Assembly: GCA_028534125.1 (NCBI GenBank)
Contig: CM052817.1
Coordinates: forward strand, 69,876,001 to 69,940,000
Direction of reading: 5' to 3'
DNA: 64,000 nt
Origin: Lama glama
Taxonomy: Eukaryota
Part shown: positions 25,591-38,814 of the stretch, piece after piece
Numbering within the stretch: the first letter of the stretch is position 1
Layout: each line of letters starts with the position of its first letter
Notes under the pieces: generated by a model
Told to the model about the DNA's origin: nothing
The model's input: the letters and a program-made list of their open reading frames with translations, nothing else
Database searches by the model: none
Translations under genes and position numbers: made by a program

Positions 25591-28104
25591 TGACATCGAG
25601 TCTTTTCAAAATTAGTATTACTATTTCTTACAAATTAAAAAATTTAGTTTTCTTTAAAGATTTTTAAAACTTTAGTTTAAAGTACTCATTAAAATCACAT
25701 GAGGGTTATTTTCTTCAAGCACTTTTTTAAATAAGTTGATAACCTTCAATTAATGGAACACTAAGTAAACTGGAGTGTGTTGTTTTTTCTGCCCTTGGAT
25801 TTAAGGTTCAAAGTAATTCACAACAATATAAAAATCACTCATGGAGAAGAAGAAAATCAGTTACACACCCCCATGATTCTGATTCTCATTGTTCACAGAG
25901 GGACAAAAATCATTCATTCTTCCAGGAAAGCAGAGTCCTTTCTGTCAGTCAATTCTGAAAGAAATATCCTCTTCCTTCAGAAAGGGGGCACCAGGGTAAC
26001 GTCCTCAACTAGACTTCAGTAGTCGTTGCGACAGTGGATTGCAGAAAGTTGTTTTTGGAAAGATGAAGGCCTGGCCCTCAAAGACAAATTTAGTAAAAGC
26101 AACTCGGGAGGAGGAGAGGATGAGGATAAGATAATATTGTTCAAAAAGCAAGTTGATGGATAATCCAAGTTTCTTTGAACTCTCTGGAAATGATAGAATA
26201 TAAATCACAAGTCTTTCTGCCACCTCCACCCAGGCCTGGGATGAAAAGCCTGTCCTATCCTCCTATTTGAAACACTGGCGTGTTGATTTTGCTGGCCAGA
26301 GCCCAAAGACTGCCCTGATCTTGAATGCATTATATAATGGAACTAAGGTGATACTTCATTAACCTTGACATCTAACATTTATTTTCTTCTAATAAAGTAT
26401 ATAAGAACATCAGAAACACAAGACCAGGTTACTCACTGATGTAAGTTGCATTGTATCAGTAATGGATTCTGTGCTACTATGTGTCTCTACGTGGCGTGTT
26501 TAATTCATGTGTGAGGCATCGCATTTTTCAGTTTTCATGCTTGACATACATTCTTTCATCTTAACAAAACCCCACGAGGTAGGCAAGGAAAGAGATGGTG
26601 ACCAGTATTGTGAGATGAAAGAGCTCTTGAGTGTTGGAGTTGGAACCTGAATTTCATTTTCTCTCTTTTGCTGCCTCCCTGTCATAATTGCTCTGGTCAC
26701 CATCACAGGTTGTTAGAGGTTTTGTTGTTACTGTTGCTTGTTTTTTAGGGGAGTTTATTCCCTTATCATCCAGTTAGTTCGTTAGGAGGGAAACTGGTCC
26801 TTGAAACAGGTTCTTTATCGAATGCTACTGACTTTTCTTACAGTTGGAATTAACTGCATTTCAGAGGGAAGAAAATCAGTGCTCCTAGGGCAAAATGACC
26901 TTGAAAGCAAAAGAATCCCCAAGTGTTTGAGCTTACAAATTTGTTAGAATAAGCAAACTCGTTGCAGTTCTCTTGTTTGCTAGGACGTAGTGATGCCACC
27001 TTTGCCTTTCTTACACAGGTTAAGGGGGGGGCACCACAGTGCACCAGGCTTCATTGCTAAATGTAACTCTCTCAGAAATTATTCCTGGGGGATTATCAAA
27101 AGGAGGAGAGGTACAATGACCTGCCTTCAAAGGATAGCAAAGCTCTGAGGAAATGAAACAGAGTCTTGGGAGTCATTATAGTCTAGGCTGACTCTGGGCT
27201 CCCCAAAGGACCAAAGTGAAGCCATAGGATTGTCTGGTCCAGGCATGAACTGGTGAGTTCTCGGTGCTAAAAGTCTGTCCAACATGTGTGCTTGCTTCTG
27301 GCCAAGTTTCTGAGCACACTTTGCTTCAGTTCTTATATCCAGCATTTACCTCTTTTTCTTCCTAAATTCCTTAAGTGATGTGTGTATTTGGGTAAAGAAA
27401 AAAGCCACTACTTTTGAGAAGCTACCACAGGTCAGGCGTTGCCAGTTGGGCTCCTCTTATTTAACACCAGGTGAATCTCATTATGCTCTTTTTCCAATTG
27501 AGGGAACTTAGACTGGGAGAGGAAACTAGGGGGCAAGGAGCCCACCTTGCACACTGATGGCTGCCCAGGGGTGCCAAAGCCCATCATTTCCCCACTGCAC
27601 CAATGTGATGGAAGAATCACCCCAAGTGCGAGGAAGGAGGGAGAGGAAGAATTGCCTCTTCCGTAAATTTCTGGACAACAGGTTTCGTGTTGCTGAGAGC
27701 AGAGTTAAGGAGTGCTTGAGCTCGAGCCCTGTAAGATTCTGTGCCCCACATTCAACAGATTTCCTGTCTCCATGTGAACTCTGGTCCTTTCCTCTGTAAA
27801 TCTGCTCTAAGTCTGCGTGCCCCGCCACTGATGTGTGTGGGGAGGGGGCAGAGCCCTGTTGCCTGGCATCCCTCTCCTTTCATCACACACCTGCTACCTC
27901 AAGCCAACGGCAGGGGTTCTGGCTCCGGGAGGAGACCAAGCCTCAGGGCAAACACCTGTGGTCCCCAGGCACTCAGGTCTTTGCAAGGAGGAAATGATAC
28001 TTTTGAACATCTTTTGTATTACATTTGGTCGGTTTCCCAGGCCATGGTTTGAAGGGATTGTTCACATTTGCCGCTGAGGGAGAGACATTTCCCTAAAGTC
28101 CTCA

Positions 28105-28408
28105 CCAGTTAGGGCTGCTGAATGCTGTGAGCTGGGTGGCTTTAACAGCAAGCATGTCTTTCTCACCGTTCTGGAGGTTGGGAAGTCTGAGACCAGGGTG
28201 CCAGCATGGTCAGACTCTGGTGAGGGCCCTGTTCTGGGTTTTCTCATATGTTGGGGAGAGAGAGCTTTAGTCTCTCTTCTTTTAAGGACACTAAACTTGT
28301 CCCCTCCATCTAAACCTAATTACTTCCGAAAGACTGCACCTTCTAATATCATCCAGTCAGTGTTTCATCATATGGATTTGGGGGGACACAAACGTGTAGT
28401 CCATAACA
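28105..28408 (-). mobile_element. MaLR solo LTR (MLT1A-like)
   Basis: tctcaccgttctggaggttgggaagtc..ggtgagggcc..gggggacacaaac..ccataaca. Confidence 0.75.
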
Positions 28409-28714
28409 TCTGGGTTTCTTGATTTTATACAAATAGATCTTTTAGGCAAAGTACACTTCATAGTGCAAAGCCTTAAGCCCTTTTGGTACCATGGTTCTTC
28501 ATAATCTGTGAACCCCATCCATGCAAGGCACTTTCCCACTGCTTCCACGAACAGCGCCCTCTGTCGGCGTCGGGCTGCTCTCATCCCCGTGCTCTGTACT
28601 GCTCTCATCCCCGTGCTCTGTACTACCGAGCTCAGTCCTATGAGATGTGCTTGCCCAACTCAGACCATCGCCTGCCTCCTGAAGAGGGCAAGGTAACAGG
28701 ATGGCCCTGTCCTC

Positions 28715-28900
28715 TTTGGGTTTGAATCTCAGTTCTTCCAGTGCTGGCTGGATCTGGAAGACCTTAAACAAGTTGCCTAACCTCTTTGAGCCTTGGTTTC
28801 TCTATCTGTGGGATGGAAATAATAGTCCGTGTCTCACAAAATCACTGGGAAGACTAAATGAAAGTTCAAAAAGTGTTAGCCAAATTCAGCTAACAAATAT
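28715..28900. mobile_element. MIR SINE
   Basis: gggtttgaatctcag..caagttgcctaacctctttgagccttggtttcct. Confidence 0.65.
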
Positions 28901-30874
28901 TTTAGGTACCATAATTATAGCTCTGAAATTATTAATCTTTATCCAGCTCTTGCTTGTCCTGAAAGTTCAGCTGAAGTCTCATCCCCTAAAAGGTTTGCCT
29001 TACTTCTCCAAATCTGAATTCTTCCTCAGAAAATGCATACAAACTAATTGTCAAAATGTGAGATACACTCACTGCTTTTAAGTTTAAAAAAAAAGTCCTG
29101 TTTCCATACCAAATTAAAGTTCCTTAAGAGAAAAGATTGTCTTAGTATTCCTTCCAGTGGCTAATAAAGTTCTTATTACATACATTTGTGGAATGAAATT
29201 TTTTTAATGCCGTCTTTTGTGTTTGGATTATTAACAGAATTTGTGGAGATCTGATGGAAAGGAGACTGCCCATCATGGCACCAAATAATTGGCTTTAAAA
29301 TAACTGAAGCACTTACCAAACTATAAGATGTTTATAACTTGAAAATCTTTCAGTAGCCATCATATCATATGTATTTTTTTGATATTTTTAGACAAAAATA
29401 TGGATTGAAAAATAAAGGCTGAAGTGGAAAATCCAAAGACTTTGGACCAGCCCCTAGGTTTAATTCCTAAGCAAGTTACTCACCTTTCTGAATCATCATG
29501 TCCATCCCTTCTGTAAAATGAAAGTGAAGAAACCTACCTCCCAATGTCATGGTGAGAGTTATAGATAATGTATAGTAAAGCATTTGATACTACCTGACTC
29601 ATTAATATATGATAAAGTCTAATCAGAAAATAAATTCATGGGAGTTTGAAACTTTTTTTTAATTCTTATTTTTAATTGAAGTGTATTCGATTTACAGTGT
29701 TAGTTTCAGATGTACAGCAAAGCATTAAAACTTTAATTTTATTATAAGGGATTTTAGAATTTTTACAGTGTAAGAATTTAAGAATTTTCTACTTAGTACA
29801 AGACACATATATTTGTCGTGCAAGGTTTTGGATTTCAGTTGAGAACAATGTCGGATATTTAAGCTTATGCTTCCAAAGACCCCTCTCTGTCTACCTTCCC
29901 ACTTTTTGTACATTAATTGGGCACATGAATTGTTCTGCTGTATCTCTCCAGAAATACCCAAAAGTGTGAGTGATGAATTGCTAGTGTGGAAATAATTTTT
30001 TCTAATGGAAAAGGACAATTCATTCAATAAGGTAAACCGTGGCTCACCCTGACCCCACTGCCCTTGACCATGGGATTAAGAGTTATTATTTTATCCCAGT
30101 CATAAATAGCTACAGCTGGTCCTTCCTAGTGGGGTTATATGTCTGATACAATGTTGAACTACCAACAAAGTTACTAGATTTCACCAGTAACTAATCTAGC
30201 TGACTTTCGAATGACTTGCCTATATACTGGGGGAAACACTAGAGTTTTGGCAAACCCCAAAGGGTCTTGGGATTAAATCACATCAAAGGCAGTTAAGCTC
30301 AAAAACAGAAGAAGTTTTTCAAGGCTGTTTTGCTATACAACAGCCCTCCCAAGGAAGTGAATGAGAAATATATTGCCGAAGCGATTTAAAATGAACTGTC
30401 TACAGAAACATTTACAAAATTATGAGAATTAACCAACATACTCTTAACCAACAGGTCAAGAAGTCACAAGGGAGATTTGAAAATACTTTGAGACAAATGA
30501 CAATAAAAACAACATACCAAAATGTGTGGGGTACAGTGCTGAGAGGGAAAGTTATAGTTATAAATGCATACATTAAAAGAGGAGAAGGATCTCAAACCAA
30601 TAACCTAACTGTAGATCTCAAGGAACTAGATGAAGAACAGCAGACTAAACCCAAAGCTAGCAGATGGAAGGAAATAAAAATTAGAGATAAATGAATAGAG
30701 GATAGAAAAACAATAGAAATCAACGAAACCAAAAGTTGATATTTTGAAAAGACCAACAGAATTAATAAACCTTTAGCTAGATTGACTAAGAAAAAAGAAG
30801 GCTCAAATTAGACTAAAATCAGAATGGAAGTGGGGACATTCACTACTTGATTTTACAGAATTAAAAAATTTATA

Positions 30875-31042
30875 GGGGGGAGGGTATAGCTCAGTGGTAG
30901 AGTGCATGCTTAGCATGCATAAGGTCCTGGGTTCAATCCCCAGTACTTCCTCTAAAAATAAATAAACCTAACTACCTCCCTTCCTGCCAAAATAAAAATA
31001 ATTAAGTAATACAATGACAAATAAAAAAAAAACTTTCCTTTA
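30875..31042 (+). mobile_element. tRNA-derived SINE (camelid Vic-1-like), inserted in an L1
   Basis: GGGGGAGGGTATAGCTCAGTGGTAGAG (A box)...GGTTCAATCCC (B box), A-rich tail; TSD aaaaaatt(t/c)ata at 30863-30874 and 31043-31054. Confidence 0.88.
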
Positions 31043-31689
31043 AAAAAATTCATAAAGATACTATGAATGATTATAAGCATATTTGATAACTTAGATAGAA
31101 GGGACAAATTTCTATAAACACAAAGCCAAGCAGCACTGAATTGTGAAGAAATAGAAAGTCCAAATAAACTTTTAAGTTATAAGGAGAATTGAATTAGTAG
31201 TAAAAACCTCTCAAGAATAGCCCTGGACCAGATGGCGACATTGATGATTTATACCAAATGGCACGTGAATATATACAATCAGCACATGAAAAGCTCAGCA
31301 TCATTAGTCATCAGAAAAATGTAACAGCCGCAATGAGATACCACTTCATAACCATTAGGATAGCTATTAGGAAAAGGAAAAAACAGCAAAATAACAATTG
31401 GTGATGCAGTAGAGAAATTGAAACCCTTGTCATTGCTGATAGAAATGTAAAAACGGATACAGATACTGTAGAAAAAATTTGGTCATTCCTCAGAGTTGAA
31501 CATGGGGGTTACTACGTGATTCAGCAGTTCCACCCCTAGATATATACCTGAAAGAACTGAAAGCCGGGGCTCGAGCGGGTATCTGTGCACCAATGTTCAC
31601 AGCAGTATTGTTCACAATAGCTGAGAGTGGAAGCAACCCAAAGCGTCCATTGATGGATGAATGGATAAACAAAGTGTAGTATATACATA

Positions 31690-32175
31690 CAGATGGTCCC
31701 CAACTTAACGTTATTTCCATTTAAGATGTTTTGACTTTATGACAATGCGAAATACCTTCAGCAGAAACCACATGTCGAATTTTGAATTTTGACCTTTTCC
31801 TGGGCTAGTGGTGGGTAGTGCCATACTCTCCTGTCATGCTGGGTTGCGGCAGCGCCACAGCTGGTCTGCCAGGCAGTCACGGGGATAAACAATAAGCTTA
31901 AAACCATTTGAGACCCTATTCTGTTTTTCACTTTCAGTGCAGTATTCAGTAAATTACATGAGATACTCAACACCTTATTATAAGATAAGCTTTGTGCTAG
32001 ACGGTTTTGCCCAACTGTAAGCTAATGTAAGTGTTCTGACTACATATAACGTACGTTTGGCTAAGCTATGATGTTTGGTAGGTTAAGTGTATTAAACGTA
32101 TTTTCAACTTACGATATCTTCAACTTAGGGTGGTTTTACCAAGATGTAACCCCATCAAAAATAGAGGAAGATCTG
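31690..32175 (-). mobile_element. Tc1/mariner Tigger5-family MITE (MER47-like)
   Basis: TIRs CAGATGGTCCCCAACTT.. / ..GAGGAAGATCTG, TA on the left flank; internal sequence resembles MER47; cleanly interrupts the L1. Confidence 0.85.
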
Positions 32176-32623
32176 TGCAATGGAATATTATCCATGAAAA
32201 GGAATGAAATTCTGATATGTGCTACAACAAGGATGAATCTTTTAAACATTATGCTAAGTGATGTAAGCCAGACACGAAACAAATGTATGATTCTCGGTAT
32301 CTAGAATGTGAAATACAGAGAGACAGAAGTTACCAGGAGCTGGAAGAGGTAGGGAGTTATTGTGTAATGGGTACAGAGTTTCTGTTTGAGATGATGAAAA
32401 AGTGTGTGTGTGTGTATGCGTGCCTGTACTTTTGTTCTACGTGGAATAGCCTTAGTACCAATTCTAGTTATTGGTATTTATCCTACTAAAATAATCAAAG
32501 ATGTATATATTACATTGTTGTTCATAATGGCAAAAACATTGAAAACAGCCTGTGTTGACAACAGAGTATTGGTCAGATAAATTATGAAATATTCCTAAAC
32601 CATGGACTAGATTTTTAAAAGCC

Positions 32624-32869
32624 CAGAAGTCAGCCAATAATGGCCTGCCAGTTAGGTCCATCTGCTGTCTTTTTCTTTAATGTCTTTTTTTTATATATAT
32701 AAATAAAGATTTATTGAAATATAGCCATGCTCATTTATTTACATATTGTCTACAGCCAGTTTCTGGTTCCTGTGGCAAAACTGTATGGTTGTGACAGAGA
32801 ACAAATTGCCAGTAAAGCCTAAAATATTTACTGTTTGGCCCTTTACAGGAAAATGTTGCTGAACCCCTG
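32624..32869 (+). mobile_element. hAT-Charlie MITE, MER58A-like
   Basis: aaataaag..ttattg..acagccatgctcatt..aaagcctaaaatatttact..ggccctttacag..aacccctg resembles MER58A. Confidence 0.8.
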
Positions 32870-33984
32870 GCCTAGAATATAGTAATTAAAAATGATTTGT
32901 GGGAGGACAACATGGAAATTGTTAATGATGTATTAAATAAAAATATTGAAATAAATAAAAATATAAAGATTAAAAATAGAGATATATGGAGAAAAAGACT
33001 GGAAGGGTACATACAGAAATAATACTGATTATTATTTCCTCCTTTACAGTTTCTTGCATTTTCAAGTTTTCTACAAAAACTATGTACTGCTATTTTTAAA
33101 TCAGAATAAAAAATTGACTTTCAAATATCTGGTTCACACTTTAAATGGGTGAATGGTATGGTATGTCAATTTATATCCCAATAAAGCTGTTAAAAAATTT
33201 AAAATTTTTAATAAATTAAAAAAAAACTGGTTCGCTTTGAGTATGTTTTTGCATAAAGGAAAGAGTATGTAAACTTTCAATGTCCTTTCTAAATCGTGAT
33301 TCTTCACGAGACTTGGAAGTGAGGCTTCATTATCAGGCAAAGGGCCAAATGATTACTGGCACCAGAAAGTAAAAACCCTATGCTTTGTTGAGGCAACCAG
33401 CTCATCCTTTACCTTATCAGTGTACTTTATTTTTTTCAGATTTTATTGACTAAGCATGTTATTAATCAGGGGCCAAGTTCAAATTCCTGAGAATCTACTT
33501 AAGAGGGCGAATGTTAGGGACTGGAGGAATTTCAGGCTCCTTATGTTAAGCTCTCTCATTTTACTCCATGAAGGAGAAAAAAGAAAGGTTAACAGCCTGT
33601 CCATGGCAGTCCAGTTAGATCTGGGCAGACTCCCTTGTGGTTTCCACACTGACTCCTGCATAATAAATGGAAGTAAAAAAGGGGGAAGAAAGGAACAGGG
33701 ATTCGAATGCTTCAGCTTGCAGAGGAATCAGTCAGGAGCCGGGCACCATTATGGCCATGCTGATTGTAAGAGGAAGATTATGTTTATTTCTTAAGAGGAA
33801 TGTTAGTCTTTAACCACTTTCTCTTCTGTCCTTCTTTATTTACATTCTAAACTACTAGTCGCTGTTGTTATAATAACAGTATGTCACATAACGGATAATG
33901 CGGGCATACATTTCAAAATAGGTAGCTAAGTCTTTTTACTTCACTATGTCTTCAACCAGGATATTGGATTTTTTTTTTCCATCT

Positions 33985-34390
33985 GTTCTACTGAGATAAA
34001 ATTCACGTAGAGCAAAATGCACAGTTAGGTTTTGACAAATGCAAACGCCCAAGTAACCAACAACCCGATGAAGATAGAAAACATACCCACCACCCCAGAA
34101 AATGTCTCATGTCTCTTCCTGGTCAGTCCTGCCTTCTGTTCTGAGTATCTCACCATGAGTTAGTTGTGCCTTTCGAGAACTTCTTATAAATGCAATTATT
34201 CAGTATGTATTCTTTCATGCCTGGCTTTTTCACTCAGCATGTTGTTTTGAGATCATCATGCTGTGAGGTGTATCATAACATATTCCTTTTTATTGCTGAA
34301 TAGTAGTTTATTTTTACAAATATGTCACCGTTTCCTCCCCCCACCTCTCTTATTGAAGGACACCCAGACTGTTCCCAGATTTGGCATTAA
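33985..34390 (-). mobile_element. Old L1M 3' fragment
   Basis: gagataaaattcacgtag..caccaccccagaaa..ggctttttcactcagcatg..ttattgctgaatag. Confidence 0.7.
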
Positions 34391-36859
34391 ACAAAAATTT
34401 GTTCTGATCCTGGCGTCACTTTGTCAAAATAAAAAGTTTTGGAAATTGGATTTTGTTACTTTTGAGATTCTGCCTTCCACTTATATTTTTTAGGGTCCTC
34501 CCTTCCTTCATCGCCTCTTCAGGAAAATCATAATACATTCAGCTGGAGAAGAATGAATGGGTAATATTGAATATGGGCAAATTAATTTTTTCACCATACA
34601 AGGTCTAAAGGCTGAATATAGAAAACAAATTAATATTCTGGCCAGTCTCACAGTCTAATTTTGGAAAGGGAAAGTAAAAATGCAAGGGGTGCAAAGGAGG
34701 TTGGCAATAGTGCCAACCCTTAGAGTTTAAAGCATAATCAGGGCCCCACTAATAATGATTACAATTACAACTTGTACTTATGAGGCCTCAACTAAATGCT
34801 AGACATTGTGCTAATTACTTCATCTAATCCTTACGCTCAATGTAGGCACATTTGTCATCTTAATTTCATAGAGGGCACAGGGATGCTCAAGAGTACATAA
34901 ACAAGTACCTAAACGCTATATGTAGAAGAAACTCAAAGGAATATATATGAAGCAAATCATAGGAACTTAAAGGAAATGAAGGGATTCATTTTGAAATGGC
35001 TAGTGGAGTTGTGCAACTAAATAGTATAAATAGCATTTCAACTTTCTCTTTTCATTGGCGTTTTGCAAACTCTTCTTAAGCCATAAGCCCTCTCTGTTCA
35101 TGCTCACTGACTCTGAATGGGACTAGGGTGCAGCGTTTACCTCCCAGGGAATTATAAACCAGCTGGACAACTGTAGTTTTACAAATAGAGTAATTTAACA
35201 CCACTCTTGATAACATAATAATAAGTACTTATTTATTTTGGATATACTGTTACCAACAATTTTAGCAAAAATCCATGTACAGCAAGAAGGACTTCAATGG
35301 GAAATCAAAGGGTAAAATTATCTTGGGGGATTCAATTAAAAATACATTTTTTTCCTTAATGATCTTCTTGTCTTCCTTTCCCTCTCTCCCCACCCCAAAG
35401 GTCTTTTAGTATTCTCTTCCTTTACTGCTACTGATTATTATATTATTCACCCACTTAAATAGGGAGGATGGAGCAGAAAGTATTCCTTTTTCTGGCAAGA
35501 AAGCCCTGAACATTATTTGGGACACAATTCAGCCCGTAACACTTCTATCTGCATCACAGAGCTGTTAACCTAAACAAGATAATTATTTAGAAAAACAATG
35601 TGAATTCAATTATATCCCGTACAAGAGGGTGTCTGTTAGGGTTGTTAAATTAGTCACCTAGTCTTCAACTATTTTTAAGTCATTTGTGAATTTAAGTTGC
35701 TTGTCAGGAAACATGTTAGTGGCTACTGTCTTCAGAGAACAGGCTACGAAGACAATCAGATGACATGCTGAAGATCACACCTGCAAATAAGTAGTTCAAA
35801 ATTTTTTTAATTCTCTAAATTCAAAAAAAACAAGAAAAGTAATCTAACAATTAATGATTAATTATAGAAGATATGAGGTGTGTTTTTTGGTAAGCTGAAT
35901 TTATGAAGAGCACGGCAAATACAGGATTAGAATAGAGTAGATTTGAAATTTAGCATATCCCACTGGAATCATTTGTTAAGAGAAAAAAATGGGATGACCA
36001 CAGAATGAATAAACGGGGCCCTCTATGCTTTGGTCTCTTTTATAAGTACAGCATGGTGTTCAAACTTTCAATGTGTGAAGAAAAATAAAAAGGATTAGAA
36101 GACCGGAAACAAGCAAATTTGTTCATTATGATCAATTAAATTGACTTACATGAGACTGATCTTTCCATAGATTAAAAAATGGCTTAATATCGACAGTTCT
36201 GTGTGTCAACCTAACATAAAAGAGAAACCAGACGATTTACCCTGTGGAAGAGAGAAAAAAAGAAAGTGCCTAGGAGCCATAAATCACTTTGATGAACTTT
36301 GTATTTAAAGTATTATACAATTCTTAATCTCTCGATCTCAGCATTTCAGGTTTGGTCTCATACTAATAATAGCATTGTGACACCTTCTCACTGACTGATA
36401 TTTTAATGTTATTAGCTACTTAAATCCTCCAAGCAAATTCCTGGATTATCTTCTCCTTTATCCAGGCCACACTCTGAAATGGACGCTGTGCTTTTACTCG
36501 TCGCGTAAGAGATAGTCCTGTCTAACGTAAGTTCTAAGAGCTTTACTCCATCACCCCACCCACCCCTCTATCCCCTGCACATCCTTTTCGGAGCGTTGGC
36601 CACCTACGCCTACAAATTCTACACATTGCCTTTCCATCATCCTGCTGTCTCTGGATAGAGGAACGGGTCACTTCTTCCTCCAAATCCCGATTTGAATAAA
36701 GCAGCAGCCCCGTCTTTTTGCTACCCGGGAGGGGGCGGGGACCTCTCTCTCCCAGTTCAGATTAGAAGTACTGGTGTTGAGGCTGAGTCGTGTGAGGGGC
36801 CTGTGGACCTGGCACGGTTTCTGCACTCAACTGCCAAACAAATGACACAGAAAATCCGA

Positions 36860-37870
36860 CAACCAATCAGACCGCAAGGATGCATTGCGAACATCTTTTC
36901 TCAGAGGCAGTCACTACGAAGCCCGACCCAGTGCAAGGGGTGCAACTGAGCTCTGGGGGCAAACTCAGATCGCGCGCCCAGCCGGGTCCGCGGATCTCCA
37001 CTGCGCGGTTGCGAACGCGTCTCCGTTTCCGCTGCGGCGTTGCTGATTGGAGGGGCTGGGGGAAGACAGTGGGCGCAGCCAATCCGGAGCGTCCTCCGCT
37101 GCTCCCCTCCCGCCCCCGGGCTCCCAAGGGAGCTGGCACTGAGGCCGGGCACCCGTGTCTGTGTGCAGTCTCTGAGGTCAGGAGCCCAGGGCTGAGGACG
37201 CCGGCGCACAGGTCATGGCCGCGCCGGGGCTGCCCCAGCCTTCCGCCGAGGGCTCGCCCTGGCCTCTCAGCCTCCTGCACGCGCCCTCGGGGCTGCTGCT
37301 GCTGGACCCCACGGGCGGCGCGCTGCTGCTGCTCGGCCTGGCGGCGCTGCTGGGCTGGAGCTGGCTGTGGCGCCGCCGGGCGCGGGGCATCCCCCCGGGG
37401 CCCACGCCTTGGCCCGTGGTGGGCAACTTCGGCTTCGTGCTGCTGCCGCCTTTCCTGCGACGGAAGAGCTGGCCGTACCGCCGGGCGAAGGCCGGGGGAC
37501 TGAACCTCTCGGGCCTGGGCGCGCAGTTGCTTCTGGCCGAGATGGCCCATAAGTACGGCAACATCTGCAGCTTCTTCATCGGCCACTACCTGGTGGTGGT
37601 CCTCAACGACTTCCACAGCGTGCGCGAGGCGCTGGTGCAGCAGGCCGAGGTCTTCAGCGACCGCCCGCGGGTGCCGCTCGTCTCCATCATGACCAAGGGG
37701 AAGGGTGAGCTGGGCCGCGGCCGCCAGAGGCTTGGGGGTCACAGGCCGTGTGAACGCGCGGATGGGTCTGCAGGTGCGGCGGGGCTGCGGGTCCTGTGCC
37801 GCTGCAGCTGCGCGCACCCAGGCCGGCTCACACCTGCATCCTGAGGCCAAGGAGGAGGGCGGCACCGCCT
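36860..37870 (+). promoter_or_regulatory. CYP2U1: CYP2U1 CpG island promoter
   Basis: High GC and CpG density; CCAAT at 36863 and 37079, ATTGG at 37046, GC box CCGCCC near 37109; no TATA box. Confidence 0.85.
37215..37704 (+). CDS. CYP2U1: Cytochrome P450 2U1, exon 1
   Basis: [17 protein letters not shown]...TM helix...[20 protein letters not shown]...[14 protein letters not shown]...TKGK. Pro-rich N-terminal extension and Arg-rich insert typical of CYP2U1; donor G|gtgagc; 490 nt. Confidence 0.97.
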
Positions 37871-38814
37871 TCCTTTCCTGGTGCCTTTTACATCCCCTCG
37901 AGCTCCTTCCCGGAACAAGGCCTCCCTCTTCGGGCTGTGTTCCTAGGAAGAACTTTGGCGGCTTTAGAAAGAGAGGCGTATTTTCACCTTCTGAGTTTTG
38001 AGTGCAGGAGTATAAGAAAATGATTTTCCTATTAAGATACAAAGTCCAGAAAACATGACAGGAGCCTACTGGCAAACCTAATGCACTGGGTTTGTAGCCT
38101 CTGTGATTCCTGCTTATGGAAGTCTACCTCAGGCAGTTCTGAGGGTTGGTAAACATGATTATCTACTGCAGTGGACTGTCACATTTACCCTTTGTTTATC
38201 GGTCCCCTTTGTCTTATTGGCCGGCACAGGTTCCAGACTTTTTTTTTTTTTTTTTTTTTTTTGTGGTCTGTGTCACTCCTCCCCTTCAGTCCGGTGTTAA
38301 TTTAAGTGTCCTTCCCTCGGAGTTTTTTTTTTTTCCTCACTTCTCCAGGTAAGTTAGGCCCCCTTGTTAGAACTAGTTTCATTGCGCAAGTAATTTTCCT
38401 TCCCTGCACGTATCAGTCTTGAGGCTTCATCATTTTGTAACCTTGGGCCTGAATGTGAGTCTTCACCACTAGACTGACATCTGGGAGGACAGAGTAATTC
38501 CTTGTCCTGCCTGGCACGTAGTAGGAGTCAGTAACTATTTATTAAATAAGTGGAACTACTACTTCACGTTCCTGGAATGTGACATAAAGAGATCTAGGCT
38601 TTTTAGAATCTGATTAAGCCAGAGTTTTGCATCAGGTTTTTAAATGAAGAATAATGATGATCTTAATATATAAATGTCCCGCTGGAAAACAAATGTCACA
38701 GTTCATACCTTGCCCTCTCCATGCCGTCACACATGCTGCTTCTGCAACCTGGAATTCTCCTGTGATCTCATGGCCTCCTGGAGAACTCTAGTCTGCTTTT
38801 CTTTTCTCTCTCTT

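Larger units (their letters stand above)
30415..32400 (+). mobile_element. Fragmented L1 (L1M-type ORF2 and 3' region) hosting a SINE and a DNA transposon
   Basis: ORF2-like translation (TTYQNVW..VLRGKVIVINAYIK..LKEL..QQTKPKASR); typical L1 motifs (atgagataccacttca, atggatgaatggataaac). Tail fragment also at ~33135-33210. Confidence 0.85.

Noticed and set aside
30422..30694. 90-aa ORF as a host gene
   Set aside because: Decayed L1 ORF2 sequence.
30875..30947. tRNA-Ala-like gene
   Set aside because: It is a SINE head: it has a family-specific tail, poly(A) and TSD, and occurs in several diverged copies.
36867..38075. 402-aa minus-strand ORF over CYP2U1 exon 1
   Set aside because: Antisense shadow of a GC-rich coding exon and CpG island; non-ATG start; low-complexity Arg/Pro/Ala content; no recognisable domain.
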